A stretch of 64,000 nt of DNA from Burkholderiaceae bacterium. GTDB taxonomy: Bacteria > Pseudomonadota > Gammaproteobacteria > Burkholderiales > Burkholderiaceae_C. The notes beneath the pieces are model-generated. The model was not told where the DNA came from, did no database searches, and worked only from the letters and a program-made list of their open reading frames with translations. The DNA is taken from the NCBI GenBank assembly GCA_037968655.1, contig JBBKVW010000290.1, forward strand, positions 1,220 to 65,219. Direction: 5' to 3'. Every line of letters starts with the position of its first letter. Positions within the stretch are counted from its first letter, which is position 1. This document shows positions 10,983-20,522 of the stretch, in pieces. The position numbers and the translations under genes are program-made.

Positions 10983-12424
10983 GTTCCGCACGGCACGACG
11001 ACGATCTGGTGCGGCTCTACCACGAGGCCAGCGCGGGTGATCCGCGGCGTCCGTCCGATGCGGTGCGTGACGCCGCGTCGGCACACGCGCGCATGCTGAC
11101 GCAGGCAGTAGAAGATCAGGCGCCCGAACTGCCTTTGCAATCGGCCGAGCCACGGCCAGCGGCCAATGCGGGGCGTTGGCGCATCTCGATGCTCGGCAGC
11201 CTGGCAGTGCTGGGCATGGCCGGCTTGCTGGTACTGCAGTTTGATCGCGGTACGCCCGAGGAACGCGATCTGGTGCGGGGCGCTGCGCGACCGTCGTCAG
11301 CGCCGCCCGCGGTTCCAGAGCGTGGCGTGACAGAGCAATCCGCGCACAGCGCGCAGGAACCGTTGAAGCCGGTGCAGCCAGGTACTACGACGCGCGAGGC
11401 AATGGCTCTGCCAAGGTCAGGCGCGTCGAAGCAGGAGGCCAAGGTGTTGCCGCGGCCAGGCGACTTGGCGCCAGCGCCCGCGTCGCGCGCGCCCTCCGGT
11501 GTGGTCGCGAACGCATCCGCAGGACCTTCAGCCCAGCACAACGCAACCGTCGCCGATGGCGGCGCGCCCGATGGCCTGCGCAGCCCGCCTGATCCCAAAC
11601 CGCATGGGGACAGACAAATTGGCGCTGCGCCAGGCGCGTCTGAAGCAGCGGTTGCGGATACGCGATCGCGGCCCGATTCAGGTCAAGCCGAATCGACGGC
11701 ACGGTCGGGCGGCGACCCAGTAGCAACGCGCGCCGTGCCGACACCCCGGACATTGGCGCGTGAAGAACCGTTGACCAGATCGGCGCAGGTTGCAGACGGG
11801 CGCGCGCCTGTACCTGCACCGTTTCCGGCATCTGCCGGTACCCAGCCACTGCCAGCGCCAGTTCCCGTGGCACCGCCTCTCGTCGCGGACAAACGCGCGC
11901 GCGCAGACGACAGTCAGCCGGTCAGTTCAGCGCGGGCGCCTGCAGCGCAAAGGTCGTCGCACGATGTTGTCAATCCCGAGCGCGATGCTGGCGGTAGTCT
12001 GGCGTCTGTGGCGCGTCCGGGAGCGGCATCCGGATTCGCAGCCCCAACGGCAGTGTCCGGGCTGCGCGAACAACGGGCCGACGCCGCACGCGCAGGATCG
12101 TCGTCCGTGGCGCCAACACGCGGTGACGAGATCGGCGATCCTCGATTGCTGCGCATTGCCAGCCTGGGGCGGGTGGCCGAACTGCGACCACTGCTTGCAG
12201 CTGGCGCCAACTTGAATGGTGTCGATGCGCAAGGTCGCACGCCATTGATGCTGGCCGCCCGTGCCGGGCACGCGCCCATGGTGCGGGCATTGCTGGACTC
12301 CGGCGCCGACGCGCGCCTGACCGATGCATCCGGCAAGACGGCGCGTCAGCATGCGTTGGACGCGGGGCGGGACGATATTGCACGGCTGCTGGATGATGCC
12401 TCGGCAACCGATGTCCGGCGCTAA
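10979..12424 (+). CDS. Putative membrane anti-sigma factor with a long Ala/Pro linker and C-terminal ankyrin repeats
   Basis: ATGA overlap with the sigma gene. One TM helix (ISMLGSLAVLGMAGLLVLQF). Ankyrin motifs LLAAGANLN.D..GRTPLMLAARAGH..MVRALLDSGAD. Confidence 0.75.
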   Translation: MSSARHDDDLVRLYHEASAGDPRRPSDAVRDAASAHARMLTQAVEDQAPELPLQSAEPRPAANAGRWRISMLGSLAVLGMAGLLVLQFDRGTPEERDLVRGAARPSSAPPAVPERGVTEQSAHSAQEPLKPVQPGTTTREAMALPRSGASKQEAKVLPRPGDLAPAPASRAPSGVVANASAGPSAQHNATVADGGAPDGLRSPPDPKPHGDRQIGAAPGASEAAVADTRSRPDSGQAESTARSGGDPVATRAVPTPRTLAREEPLTRSAQVADGRAPVPAPFPASAGTQPLPAPVPVAPPLVADKRARADDSQPVSSARAPAAQRSSHDVVNPERDAGGSLASVARPGAASGFAAPTAVSGLREQRADAARAGSSSVAPTRGDEIGDPRLLRIASLGRVAELRPLLAAGANLNGVDAQGRTPLMLAARAGHAPMVRALLDSGADARLTDASGKTARQHALDAGRDDIARLLDDASATDVRR

Positions 12425-12461
12425 CATGTTGCGCAGGCAATAACCACCAGCAGGAGACTCC

Positions 12462-14138
12462 ATGGCCTTGTCCGACATCGAGATAGCGCAGGCGGCAACA
12501 CTCAAGCCGATATTGCAGCTGGCGCAGGATCGGCTGGGCATACCGCCCGAGGCGCTCGAACCCTATGGCCACTACAAGGCCAAGATCGACCTGGCCTGGT
12601 TGCAGCAGCAAACCGGAGCGAACGGCAAGCTGGTGCTGGTCACCGCCATCAGCCCGACTCCGGCCGGCGAGGGCAAGACCACCACCACCGTGGGCCTGGG
12701 CGATGCGCTCAATCGCATCGGCAAGCGGGCCGTGATCGCCCTGCGCGAACCCTCGCTGGGTCCGGTGTTCGGCATGAAGGGCGGCGCTGCTGGCGGCGGC
12801 TATGCGCAGGTCGTGCCGATGGAGGACATCAACCTGCACTTCACCGGCGACTTCAACGCCATCGCGCTGGCGCACAACCTGCTGGCCGCGCTGATGGACA
12901 ACCATATCCACCATGGCAATGCGTTGGGCTTCGACCTGCGCCGCATCGTCTGGCGCCGGGTCATGGACATGAATGACCGCGCGCTGCGCTCGACCGTGGT
13001 GTCGCTGGGTGGACCGGGCAACGGCTTTCCGCGCGAGGACGGCTTTGACATCGTCGTCGCCTCCGAAGTGATGGCGATCTTCTGCCTGGCCACCTCGCGC
13101 AAGGACCTCAAGAAGCGCTTGGGCAACATCATCGTGGGCTATACCCGCGAGCAGGTTCCCATTCGCGCAAGCGACCTGCAGGCGCATGGCGCGATGGCGG
13201 CCCTGCTCAAGGACGCGATCAAACCCAATCTGGTGCAGACCCTGGAAAACAACCCGGCCATCATCCATGGGGGTCCGTTTGCCAACATCGCGCATGGTTG
13301 CAATACCGTTACCGCGACGCAGGCAGCGCTCAAGTTGGGCGAGTATGTGGTGACGGAGGCGGGCTTTGGCGCAGATCTGGGGGCCGAGAAATTTATCGAC
13401 ATCAAGTGCCGCAAGTCCGGCCTGCGGCCCGACGTGGCGGTGGTCGTGGCGACCGTGCGTGCGCTCAAGCACCATGGCGGCATCGAGGCCAAGGACCTCA
13501 ACACGCCCAATCTGGCCGCATTGGAAAAGGGCATCGCCAACCTGGAGCGCCATGTTGACAACATCCGCCATCACTACGGATTGCCCTGCGTGGTGTCGAT
13601 CAACCATTTCACCGCCGACACCAGGGAAGAACTAGATCTGCTGCGCCGCAATATGGACCGCCAGGGCGTGCCGGTGGTGGTGGCGCGCCACTGGGCCGAT
13701 GGCTCCAAGGGTGCAGAGGAACTGGCGCGCATCGTGGTGCAAATGGCCGAAGCCGGCACGGCAAGCATGAAGCTGGTGTATCCCGACGACGCCAGCCTGT
13801 GGGACAAGATGAAGGCGATCGCCACCACGATCTATGGCGCATCAGGCATATCGGCCGATTCTGCGGTGCGCGCCAAGATCGCCAAGTTGCAGCAGGAGGG
13901 TTTTGGCCATTACCCGGTGTGTGTCGCCAAGACCCAGTATTCCTTTTCAACCGACCCCAAGTTGCGCGGTGCGCCCAGCGGCCACATGGTCAATATTCGT
14001 GAAGTGCGGCTGGCTGCCGGGGCCGAGTTCGTCGTGATGATCTGCGGCGACATCATGACCATGCCGGGCCTGCCCAGGGAGCCGGCGTCCTCGCGTATCG
14101 ATATCGATGACGACGGGCGTATCTCCGGACTGTTCTGA
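12462..14138 (+). CDS. fhs: Formate--tetrahydrofolate ligase
   Basis: [69 protein letters not shown]. Confidence 0.97.
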   Translation: MALSDIEIAQAATLKPILQLAQDRLGIPPEALEPYGHYKAKIDLAWLQQQTGANGKLVLVTAISPTPAGEGKTTTTVGLGDALNRIGKRAVIALREPSLGPVFGMKGGAAGGGYAQVVPMEDINLHFTGDFNAIALAHNLLAALMDNHIHHGNALGFDLRRIVWRRVMDMNDRALRSTVVSLGGPGNGFPREDGFDIVVASEVMAIFCLATSRKDLKKRLGNIIVGYTREQVPIRASDLQAHGAMAALLKDAIKPNLVQTLENNPAIIHGGPFANIAHGCNTVTATQAALKLGEYVVTEAGFGADLGAEKFIDIKCRKSGLRPDVAVVVATVRALKHHGGIEAKDLNTPNLAALEKGIANLERHVDNIRHHYGLPCVVSINHFTADTREELDLLRRNMDRQGVPVVVARHWADGSKGAEELARIVVQMAEAGTASMKLVYPDDASLWDKMKAIATTIYGASGISADSAVRAKIAKLQQEGFGHYPVCVAKTQYSFSTDPKLRGAPSGHMVNIREVRLAAGAEFVVMICGDIMTMPGLPREPASSRIDIDDDGRISGLF

Positions 14139-14230
14139 GCTTCAGTCGGTCGGGACAGCGTTCGGTCTGCGAAGCCGCAGGCGAACTTGACTCGGCGTTG
14201 CGCCGGTGCGGACGCGCCAGTCGATTGGCT

Positions 14231-15097
14231 TCAGCCGCGCTCCACCGGCCGCGACGGATTGCTGCACCAGTCGCTCCAACTGCCCGCGTACAGCGTCTGT
14301 CGCCCCAGGCCTGCAATTTCCATCGCCAGGATATTGGGCACCGCGGTGACGCCACTGCCACAGTGATGCACCACGCTGGCCGGGTCGCGGCCGTCCAGCA
14401 GTTCGAGCATTTCTGCCTTGAGCACGACCGGCGGCTTGAAAAGGCCGTCGTCACCGATATTGCTCGTAAACGGCCGATTCAAGGCGCCTGGAATGTGGCC
14501 GGCGACCGGGTCGAGCGGCTCTACATCGCCGCGATAACGGGGTTCGGCGCGGGCATCGATCAGGCATTGCACTGGTGCGCCCAGCCGGTCGAGAACCTGG
14601 CTGGCATCGACCAGCGCGGCGCGCTCGGCCTGCAAGGCAAATGCCTGCGCCGGATGCACTGTGGCCTGTCCGCTCGTGACGATCCCGCCAATGGCATGCC
14701 AGGCCGGCATGCCGCCGTCGAGCACGGCAACGCGTTCATGGCCGACCCACTTGAGCATCCACCAGAGCCGGCCGCAGTAGTTGACACCCTGGCGGTCATA
14801 GACCACGGCCTGCATGTCGTTGGACATGCCGATGCTGCCCAGCCATTGCGCAAACGCCGCGCGTGCCGGCAAGGGGTGTCGTCCGCCGCTGGCGGCATTC
14901 GGGTCGCCCTTGGCGCTGAGGTGCCGGTCCAGATCGGCACGCACCGCCCCGGGAATGTGGGCCTGCGCAAAATGCTGGTCGCCGGCCTCGGGATGGGCCA
15001 GATCGAAACTGCAATCGAACACCAGCAGCGGGCGACCCGTCGCGATCAGGGCCTGCAACTGCTCGGCCGATACCAGCGTCGTGTAGTCCTTGCCCAT
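14231..15097 (-). CDS. Two-domain sulfurtransferase (rhodanese/SseA family)
   Basis: HIPGA occurs twice, plus GRHPLP, VLDGG, active-site CGSGVTA and LYAGSWSDW. Confidence 0.9.
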   Translation of the reverse strand: MGKDYTTLVSAEQLQALIATGRPLLVFDCSFDLAHPEAGDQHFAQAHIPGAVRADLDRHLSAKGDPNAASGGRHPLPARAAFAQWLGSIGMSNDMQAVVYDRQGVNYCGRLWWMLKWVGHERVAVLDGGMPAWHAIGGIVTSGQATVHPAQAFALQAERAALVDASQVLDRLGAPVQCLIDARAEPRYRGDVEPLDPVAGHIPGALNRPFTSNIGDDGLFKPPVVLKAEMLELLDGRDPASVVHHCGSGVTAVPNILAMEIAGLGRQTLYAGSWSDWCSNPSRPVERG

Positions 15098-15128
15098 GTC
15101 GTTCAGCCTTGGTTGTTAAAGCGCCCGG

Positions 15129-16301
15129 TCATGGATGGAGCATGTCCGGGCCCATGGCAGTGCGATACCACTCATGGAAATGCTGCATTCCGTCTTCCAT
15201 CGGACTCTGGTAGGGGCCGCGCTCATCGACACCGCGTTGCATCAGCGCGCGCCTGCCGGCATCCATGCGCAGCGCGATCTCGTCGTCCTCGACGCAGGTC
15301 TCCATGTAGGCCGCCTGCTGTGCCTCGACAAATTCGCGTTCGAACGCCGCAATCTCTTCCGGGTAATAGAACTCGACCACGTTGAGTGTCTTTTGCGGCC
15401 CCATCGGATGCAGGGTGGACACGGTCAGCACATGCGGATACCACTCCAGCATCACATGCGGATAGTAGGCCAGCCAGATGGCGCCGAACTTGGGCGGGCG
15501 GCCGTTGCGGTAGTTCAGCAGCGCGGCTTGCCAGCGCTCATAGGCCGGACTGCCGGCCTTGCCCAGGCGATTGGCCACCCCGACCGTCTGCACGCAGTAG
15601 GACTTGCCGAACTCCCAGCGCAGGTCATCGCAGGTCACGAAACTACCCAGGCCGGGGTGGAAGGGCCCAACGTGGTAGTCCTCCAGATAGACCTCGATGA
15701 AGGTTTTCCAGTTGTAATTGCATTCATGCAGTTCGACATGATCCAGCACGTGGCCGGAAAAATCCAGGTCGGCCACGGGGCCCAATCGGGCCAGATCAGC
15801 CGCCACGCTGGGGTGGTTTGACGCCTGACCGCGTGCCTGCTCGAACAACAGGCCGTTCCATTCCTGCAAGGGGAAATTTTCCAGGTTCAGGCAAGGATCT
15901 TCGGGAAAATGCGGGGCGCCGATCAGGGTGCCGGCCGGTATGCCGGCGCCGCCGCCGCTGTAGGTCCATCGATGCAAAGGGCACACCAGATTGCCGAAGG
16001 CACTGCCGGGTTGTTCGCGCAGCAGGCTGCCGCGGCCCTTGAGCATCAGGGCCTGCCGGTGCCGGCAGACATTGGAGATCAATTGCAACCCGTCCGGAGC
16101 ATGTACCAGCGCCCGACCACCGGACTCCTGTGGCAGCGTGTAATAGTCGCCTGCCTCAGGTACGGCCAGACGATGGCCCGCATATCGCGCGCTGCGCTGG
16201 AATATGCGCTGTTGTTCGTGCTGGTAGACGGCCTCGTCGAAGTAGCTGGCAACCGATAACTGGCTTGCAGCCTGCTGCAGGCTAAGACTTAAATCAGACA
16301 T
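15129..16301 (-). CDS. Rieske non-heme iron oxygenase alpha subunit, probably putrescine 2-hydroxylase
   Basis: Rieske motif CRHR...CPLHRWTY and mononuclear Fe site NWKTFIEVYLEDYHVGPFH. Divergent from xseB-ispA-dxs, which I recall as the context of betaproteobacterial putrescine hydroxylase. Confidence 0.75.
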   Translation of the reverse strand: MSDLSLSLQQAASQLSVASYFDEAVYQHEQQRIFQRSARYAGHRLAVPEAGDYYTLPQESGGRALVHAPDGLQLISNVCRHRQALMLKGRGSLLREQPGSAFGNLVCPLHRWTYSGGGAGIPAGTLIGAPHFPEDPCLNLENFPLQEWNGLLFEQARGQASNHPSVAADLARLGPVADLDFSGHVLDHVELHECNYNWKTFIEVYLEDYHVGPFHPGLGSFVTCDDLRWEFGKSYCVQTVGVANRLGKAGSPAYERWQAALLNYRNGRPPKFGAIWLAYYPHVMLEWYPHVLTVSTLHPMGPQKTLNVVEFYYPEEIAAFEREFVEAQQAAYMETCVEDDEIALRMDAGRRALMQRGVDERGPYQSPMEDGMQHFHEWYRTAMGPDMLHP

Positions 16302-16541
16302 CGATGACCTGACCTAATTGCTCCCCACAGGGAGAAGACAACCGCAACTGCATCGGCAGCCTACGGTGACAAGATACACCGGACGTGCCGGCAGGCAAGC
16401 GGATGATTCTACCTGTCGAGGAATCTGCGCCGGGACTTCTGCCGGCGCCTGCCATGGTGTCTGGTCTGACGTCTAGCGATCCGGAGCGGCCTTCAATATG
16501 GTGGGAGCCTAAAATGCCGTGTTTTGACGATTGTTCATCCC

Positions 16542-16784
16542 ATGGTCAAGGCAACTGCCAATCCGAGCGCCGAGGCGCTTCCTGCCAGCTACGAGAGCGC
16601 GCTGGAGGAACTTGAAAAGCTGCTGGGCCGGCTCGAATCCGGTGACATGCCGCTGGAGCAACTGCTGGGTTCATACCAGCGCGGCGCGCAATTGCTGCAG
16701 TATTGCCGTGACAAGCTGCAGGCCGTGGAAAACCAGATCAAGGTGCTGGACGCCGGAACGCTCAAGACATGGATACCCGAGTGA
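16542..16784 (+). CDS. xseB: Exodeoxyribonuclease VII small subunit
   Basis: [31 protein letters not shown]. Lies upstream of ispA-dxs. Confidence 0.93.
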   Translation: MVKATANPSAEALPASYESALEELEKLLGRLESGDMPLEQLLGSYQRGAQLLQYCRDKLQAVENQIKVLDAGTLKTWIPE

Positions 16785-17761
16785 ATCACCGCCCCCCGCT
16801 GTCGGCAGCGCCGGTGGCAGACCTGCGCGATCCGCCGTTGGCGTCGCCGGCGGTGGATTTGCCTGAATGGATGGCCGAGCGTCTGGGGTTGGTCGAACAT
16901 GCGCTGCAGCGCTGGGTCAGCGCAGAACCGCCCGAGGGCCTGGACCACGGCGCTCCGGCCGCGCTGGTGCAGGCCATGCGCTATGCGGTGCTCGATGGCG
17001 GCAAGCGCCTGCGCCCCTTGCTGGCGCTGGCCGCTTGCGAGGCTTTGCGGGGTCATCCTGACGCGGCATTGCGGGCCGCCTGCGCGGTCGAACTGATCCA
17101 CGCCTATTCCCTCGTTCACGATGACATGCCTTGCATGGACAACGACATACTGCGCCGCGGCAAGCCGACGGTGCATGTCGCCTTTGACGAAGCGACGGCG
17201 CTGTTGGCCGGAGATGCGCTGCAGGCGCTGGCATTCGAGTTGTTGACGCCCGAGTCGACAGATGCTGTACCGTTTGCCATGCAGGCACTTTTTTGTCGTC
17301 TGCTTTCGCGCGCGGCCGGCAGCGCCGGCATGGCTGGCGGTCAGGCCATCGACCTTGCCAGCGTTGGTTGCGCGTTGAGCGAAAGACAGTTGTGCGACAT
17401 GCATGCGCTCAAGACCGGCGCCCTGTTGCAAGGCAGCGTGCTGATGGGCGCTGCCTGCGGCGCGCCTTCAGCGCAACAGTGGCAGGCCCTGCACGACTTC
17501 GGTGCAGCCATCGGCCTGGCATTTCAGGTCGTCGATGACATACTGGATGTGACCTCCGATTCCCAGACGCTGGGAAAGACGGCAGGAAAGGATGCGGCCA
17601 ACGAAAAACCCACCTATGTGTCGGTACTCGGCCTGGCGCGATCGCAGGAGTATGCGCAGGAACTGCTGGCCCAGGCCCTGGCTGCGCTGGAGCGCGGCGC
17701 GCTGCCCGACGATCGCATGCTGCGCGCGCTCGCCGACATGGTCGTGAACCGATCCAATTGA
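16781..17761 (+). CDS. ispA: Farnesyl diphosphate synthase
   Basis: [44 protein letters not shown]. Start codon is uncertain (GTG at 16781 assumed). Confidence 0.93.
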   Translation: MNHRPPLSAAPVADLRDPPLASPAVDLPEWMAERLGLVEHALQRWVSAEPPEGLDHGAPAALVQAMRYAVLDGGKRLRPLLALAACEALRGHPDAALRAACAVELIHAYSLVHDDMPCMDNDILRRGKPTVHVAFDEATALLAGDALQALAFELLTPESTDAVPFAMQALFCRLLSRAAGSAGMAGGQAIDLASVGCALSERQLCDMHALKTGALLQGSVLMGAACGAPSAQQWQALHDFGAAIGLAFQVVDDILDVTSDSQTLGKTAGKDAANEKPTYVSVLGLARSQEYAQELLAQALAALERGALPDDRMLRALADMVVNRSN

Positions 17762-17770
17762 GGATTGCCG

Positions 17771-19669
17771 ATGCAAGATTCCCCCTATCCCCTGTTGCAG
17801 AACATCCTCGATCCGTCCGACCTGCGGCGCATGGCGCGTGGCCAGTTGACTGCGCTTGCCGCGCAGTTGCGCGCTTATGTGCTGGAGAGCGTGGCGCGTA
17901 CCGGCGGCCATCTGAGTTCCAACCTGGGAACGGTCGAACTGACCGTGGCGCTGCACTATGTGTTCAATACGCCGCATGACCGGCTGGTATGGGACGTGGG
18001 CCACCAGACTTACCCGCACAAGATCCTGACCGGTCGGCGCGAGCGGATGGGCACATTGCGCCAGCTCGGTGGGTTGAGCGGTTTTCCGCAGCGCAGTGAA
18101 AGCGCCCACGATGCCTTCGGCACGGCGCATTCGAGCACTTCGATATCGGCCGCGCTGGGCATGGCCATGGCGGCCAGGATCAAGGGCGAGGACCGGCACA
18201 GCGTGGCCATCATCGGCGACGGCGCGCTCACTGCCGGCATGGCATTCGAGGCTTTGAACAACGCTGGAATCGCAGACTGCAAGCTGCTGGTGATTCTCAA
18301 CGACAACGACATGAGCATCAGCCCGCCGGTGGGTGCGCTCAATCGCTATCTGGCCCAGTTGATGACCGGGCAGTTCTATGCTGCGGCCAAGCATGTGGGC
18401 AAGAGCGTCCTCAAGGGTGCGCCGCCATTGTTCGAGCTGGCCAAGCGGATCGAGGAACATGCCAAGGGCATGGTGGTGCCGGCAACGCTGTTCGAGAAGT
18501 TCGGTTTCAACTACACCGGTCCGATCGACGGGCACGACCTTGAGTCGCTGATCCCGACGCTGGAGAATATCCGCCGGCTCGATGGTCCGCAGTTCCTGCA
18601 TGTGGTCACAAAAAAGGGGCAGGGCTACAAACTTGCAGAAGCTGATCCGGTGGCCTATCACGGGCCGGGCAAGTTCGACCCGGCGGTGGGGTTGCAGAAG
18701 TCGGCCGCGCCGGCCAAGACCAGTTTCACCCAGGTCTTTGGCCAGTGGTTGTGTGACATGGCGGCGCAGGACAAGCGCCTGGTCGGCATCACACCAGCCA
18801 TGCGCGAGGGTTCTGGCATGGTCGAGTTCGAGAAGCGCTTTCCGTCGCGCTATTTCGACGTTGGCATTGCCGAGCAACACGCTGTCACCTTCGCCGCCGG
18901 CCTGGCGTGTGAAGGACTCAAGCCGGTCGTGGCGATTTATTCGACCTTCCTGCAGCGTGCCTACGACCAGTTGATCCACGATGTGGCGATCCAGAATCTG
19001 CCGGTTGTTTTTGCGCTCGACCGCGCCGGTTTGGTCGGTGCCGATGGCGCGACCCATGCCGGCGCATATGACATTGCCTACTTGCGTTGCATTCCCAATC
19101 TGTCCATTGCATGCCCGGCCGATGAGAACGAGTGCCGCAGGCTGCTAAGCAGTGCCTTTGAGCAGGATCATCCGGTCGCAGTCCGTTATCCGCGCGGTGC
19201 CGGAGCAGGCGTTGCCACCGAGCCGGACCTGGCGGCACTGCCTTACGGCAAGGCGCAGCTGCGCCACAGCGGGCGCGGCATTGCCATCCTGGCGTTTGGC
19301 ACCCTGTTGCACCCGGCACTGGCTGTGGCCAAGCAGATCAATGCCACAGTCGTCAATATGCGCTGGGCCAAACCGCTGGACCAGACCCTGTTGCTGGAGG
19401 TCGCGCAGCAGCACGAGGCCCTGGTCACAATCGAAGAAGGGGCGGTCATGGGTGGCGCTGGCAGCGCAGTGGCCGAATGTCTGCAGGCCGCTGGCCTGGT
19501 GCGACCGATCCTGCATCTGGGCCTGCCCGACCAGTTCATCGAGCATGGCGATCCGGTTCACTTGTTGGCGCTGCAAGGACTGGATGCAGACGGCATCGGT
19601 GCGGCAATTCGCAAGCGTTTTCCTGAGTTGCTCGACAGTTCGCGCCCCTCCCTCAAAGTAGTCTGCTGA
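17771..19669 (+). CDS. dxs: 1-deoxy-D-xylulose-5-phosphate synthase
   Basis: [51 protein letters not shown]. Confidence 0.97.
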   Translation: MQDSPYPLLQNILDPSDLRRMARGQLTALAAQLRAYVLESVARTGGHLSSNLGTVELTVALHYVFNTPHDRLVWDVGHQTYPHKILTGRRERMGTLRQLGGLSGFPQRSESAHDAFGTAHSSTSISAALGMAMAARIKGEDRHSVAIIGDGALTAGMAFEALNNAGIADCKLLVILNDNDMSISPPVGALNRYLAQLMTGQFYAAAKHVGKSVLKGAPPLFELAKRIEEHAKGMVVPATLFEKFGFNYTGPIDGHDLESLIPTLENIRRLDGPQFLHVVTKKGQGYKLAEADPVAYHGPGKFDPAVGLQKSAAPAKTSFTQVFGQWLCDMAAQDKRLVGITPAMREGSGMVEFEKRFPSRYFDVGIAEQHAVTFAAGLACEGLKPVVAIYSTFLQRAYDQLIHDVAIQNLPVVFALDRAGLVGADGATHAGAYDIAYLRCIPNLSIACPADENECRRLLSSAFEQDHPVAVRYPRGAGAGVATEPDLAALPYGKAQLRHSGRGIAILAFGTLLHPALAVAKQINATVVNMRWAKPLDQTLLLEVAQQHEALVTIEEGAVMGGAGSAVAECLQAAGLVRPILHLGLPDQFIEHGDPVHLLALQGLDADGIGAAIRKRFPELLDSSRPSLKVVC

Positions 19670-19888
19670 GGTAGTCTGGCCACTGCCAACCGGCCGCAGA
19701 CGCTGGCCGAAGCGCGCAACTGCGCGAGTCGTCGTTTGCTGTTGCTGCGCTGGTGTTTTCCCTAGCTTTCCGCGTTACACTCGGCGGCCTTTTGTCGGCG
19801 CATACGGTTACCCTAGGGGGTGACGCCAGATGACGTTTGCCGCGCCACGGGCGTGGCCGCTGCCCGAAGCTGAATTACCGGAGACTCT

Positions 19889-20521
19889 ATGCCTTTCCTG
19901 CTTTCCGTATCCAGGGTGATCGACGCGATCAGCCTGGGCCTTGGCAAATTGATCATGTGGCTGATCCTGGGTGCAACCGTCATCAGCTCGGTCAACGCGG
20001 TGCTGCGCAAGGCCTTCAATGTCGGGTCGAACTCTGCGCTGGAGATTCAGTGGTATCTGTTTGCCGGCGTCTTCATGCTCGGTGTCGGATACGTCATGCT
20101 CAAGAACGACCATGTGCGTATCGACTTCATCTCCGGGCGTTTTTCCAAACGGACCAATGCCATCATCGACGCCATCGGCATCGTGGTGTTCACGATCCCA
20201 TTGGCCATCATCATGATCGACCTGGCCTGGCCCTACTTCATGCGCGCCTATGACAGTGGGGAGATGAGCCAGAATGCCGGCGGACTGATCCGCTGGCCGG
20301 CCATCATGCTGATACCGGTCGGGTTCGGCGTGCTGCTGATGCAGGCGATCTCCGAACTGATCAAGCGCATAGGCTTTCTGACCGGCCACCGTGACCAGCC
20401 TTTCTCGGTCGAGCACGACAAGACCAACGAAGAACTGTTGGCCGAGGAAATGGCCGCTGAAGAAGAAGCCGAGATGGCCCGCGCGCAAGGGCATCGCGTA
20501 CAACTGCCAGGAAAAGACTGA
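19889..20521 (+). CDS. TRAP transporter small permease (DctQ)
   Basis: Four TM segments, LEIQWYLF, HVRID, GEMSQNAGGLIRWP. Confidence 0.9.
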   Translation: MPFLLSVSRVIDAISLGLGKLIMWLILGATVISSVNAVLRKAFNVGSNSALEIQWYLFAGVFMLGVGYVMLKNDHVRIDFISGRFSKRTNAIIDAIGIVVFTIPLAIIMIDLAWPYFMRAYDSGEMSQNAGGLIRWPAIMLIPVGFGVLLMQAISELIKRIGFLTGHRDQPFSVEHDKTNEELLAEEMAAEEEAEMARAQGHRVQLPGKD

Positions 20522-20522
20522 C

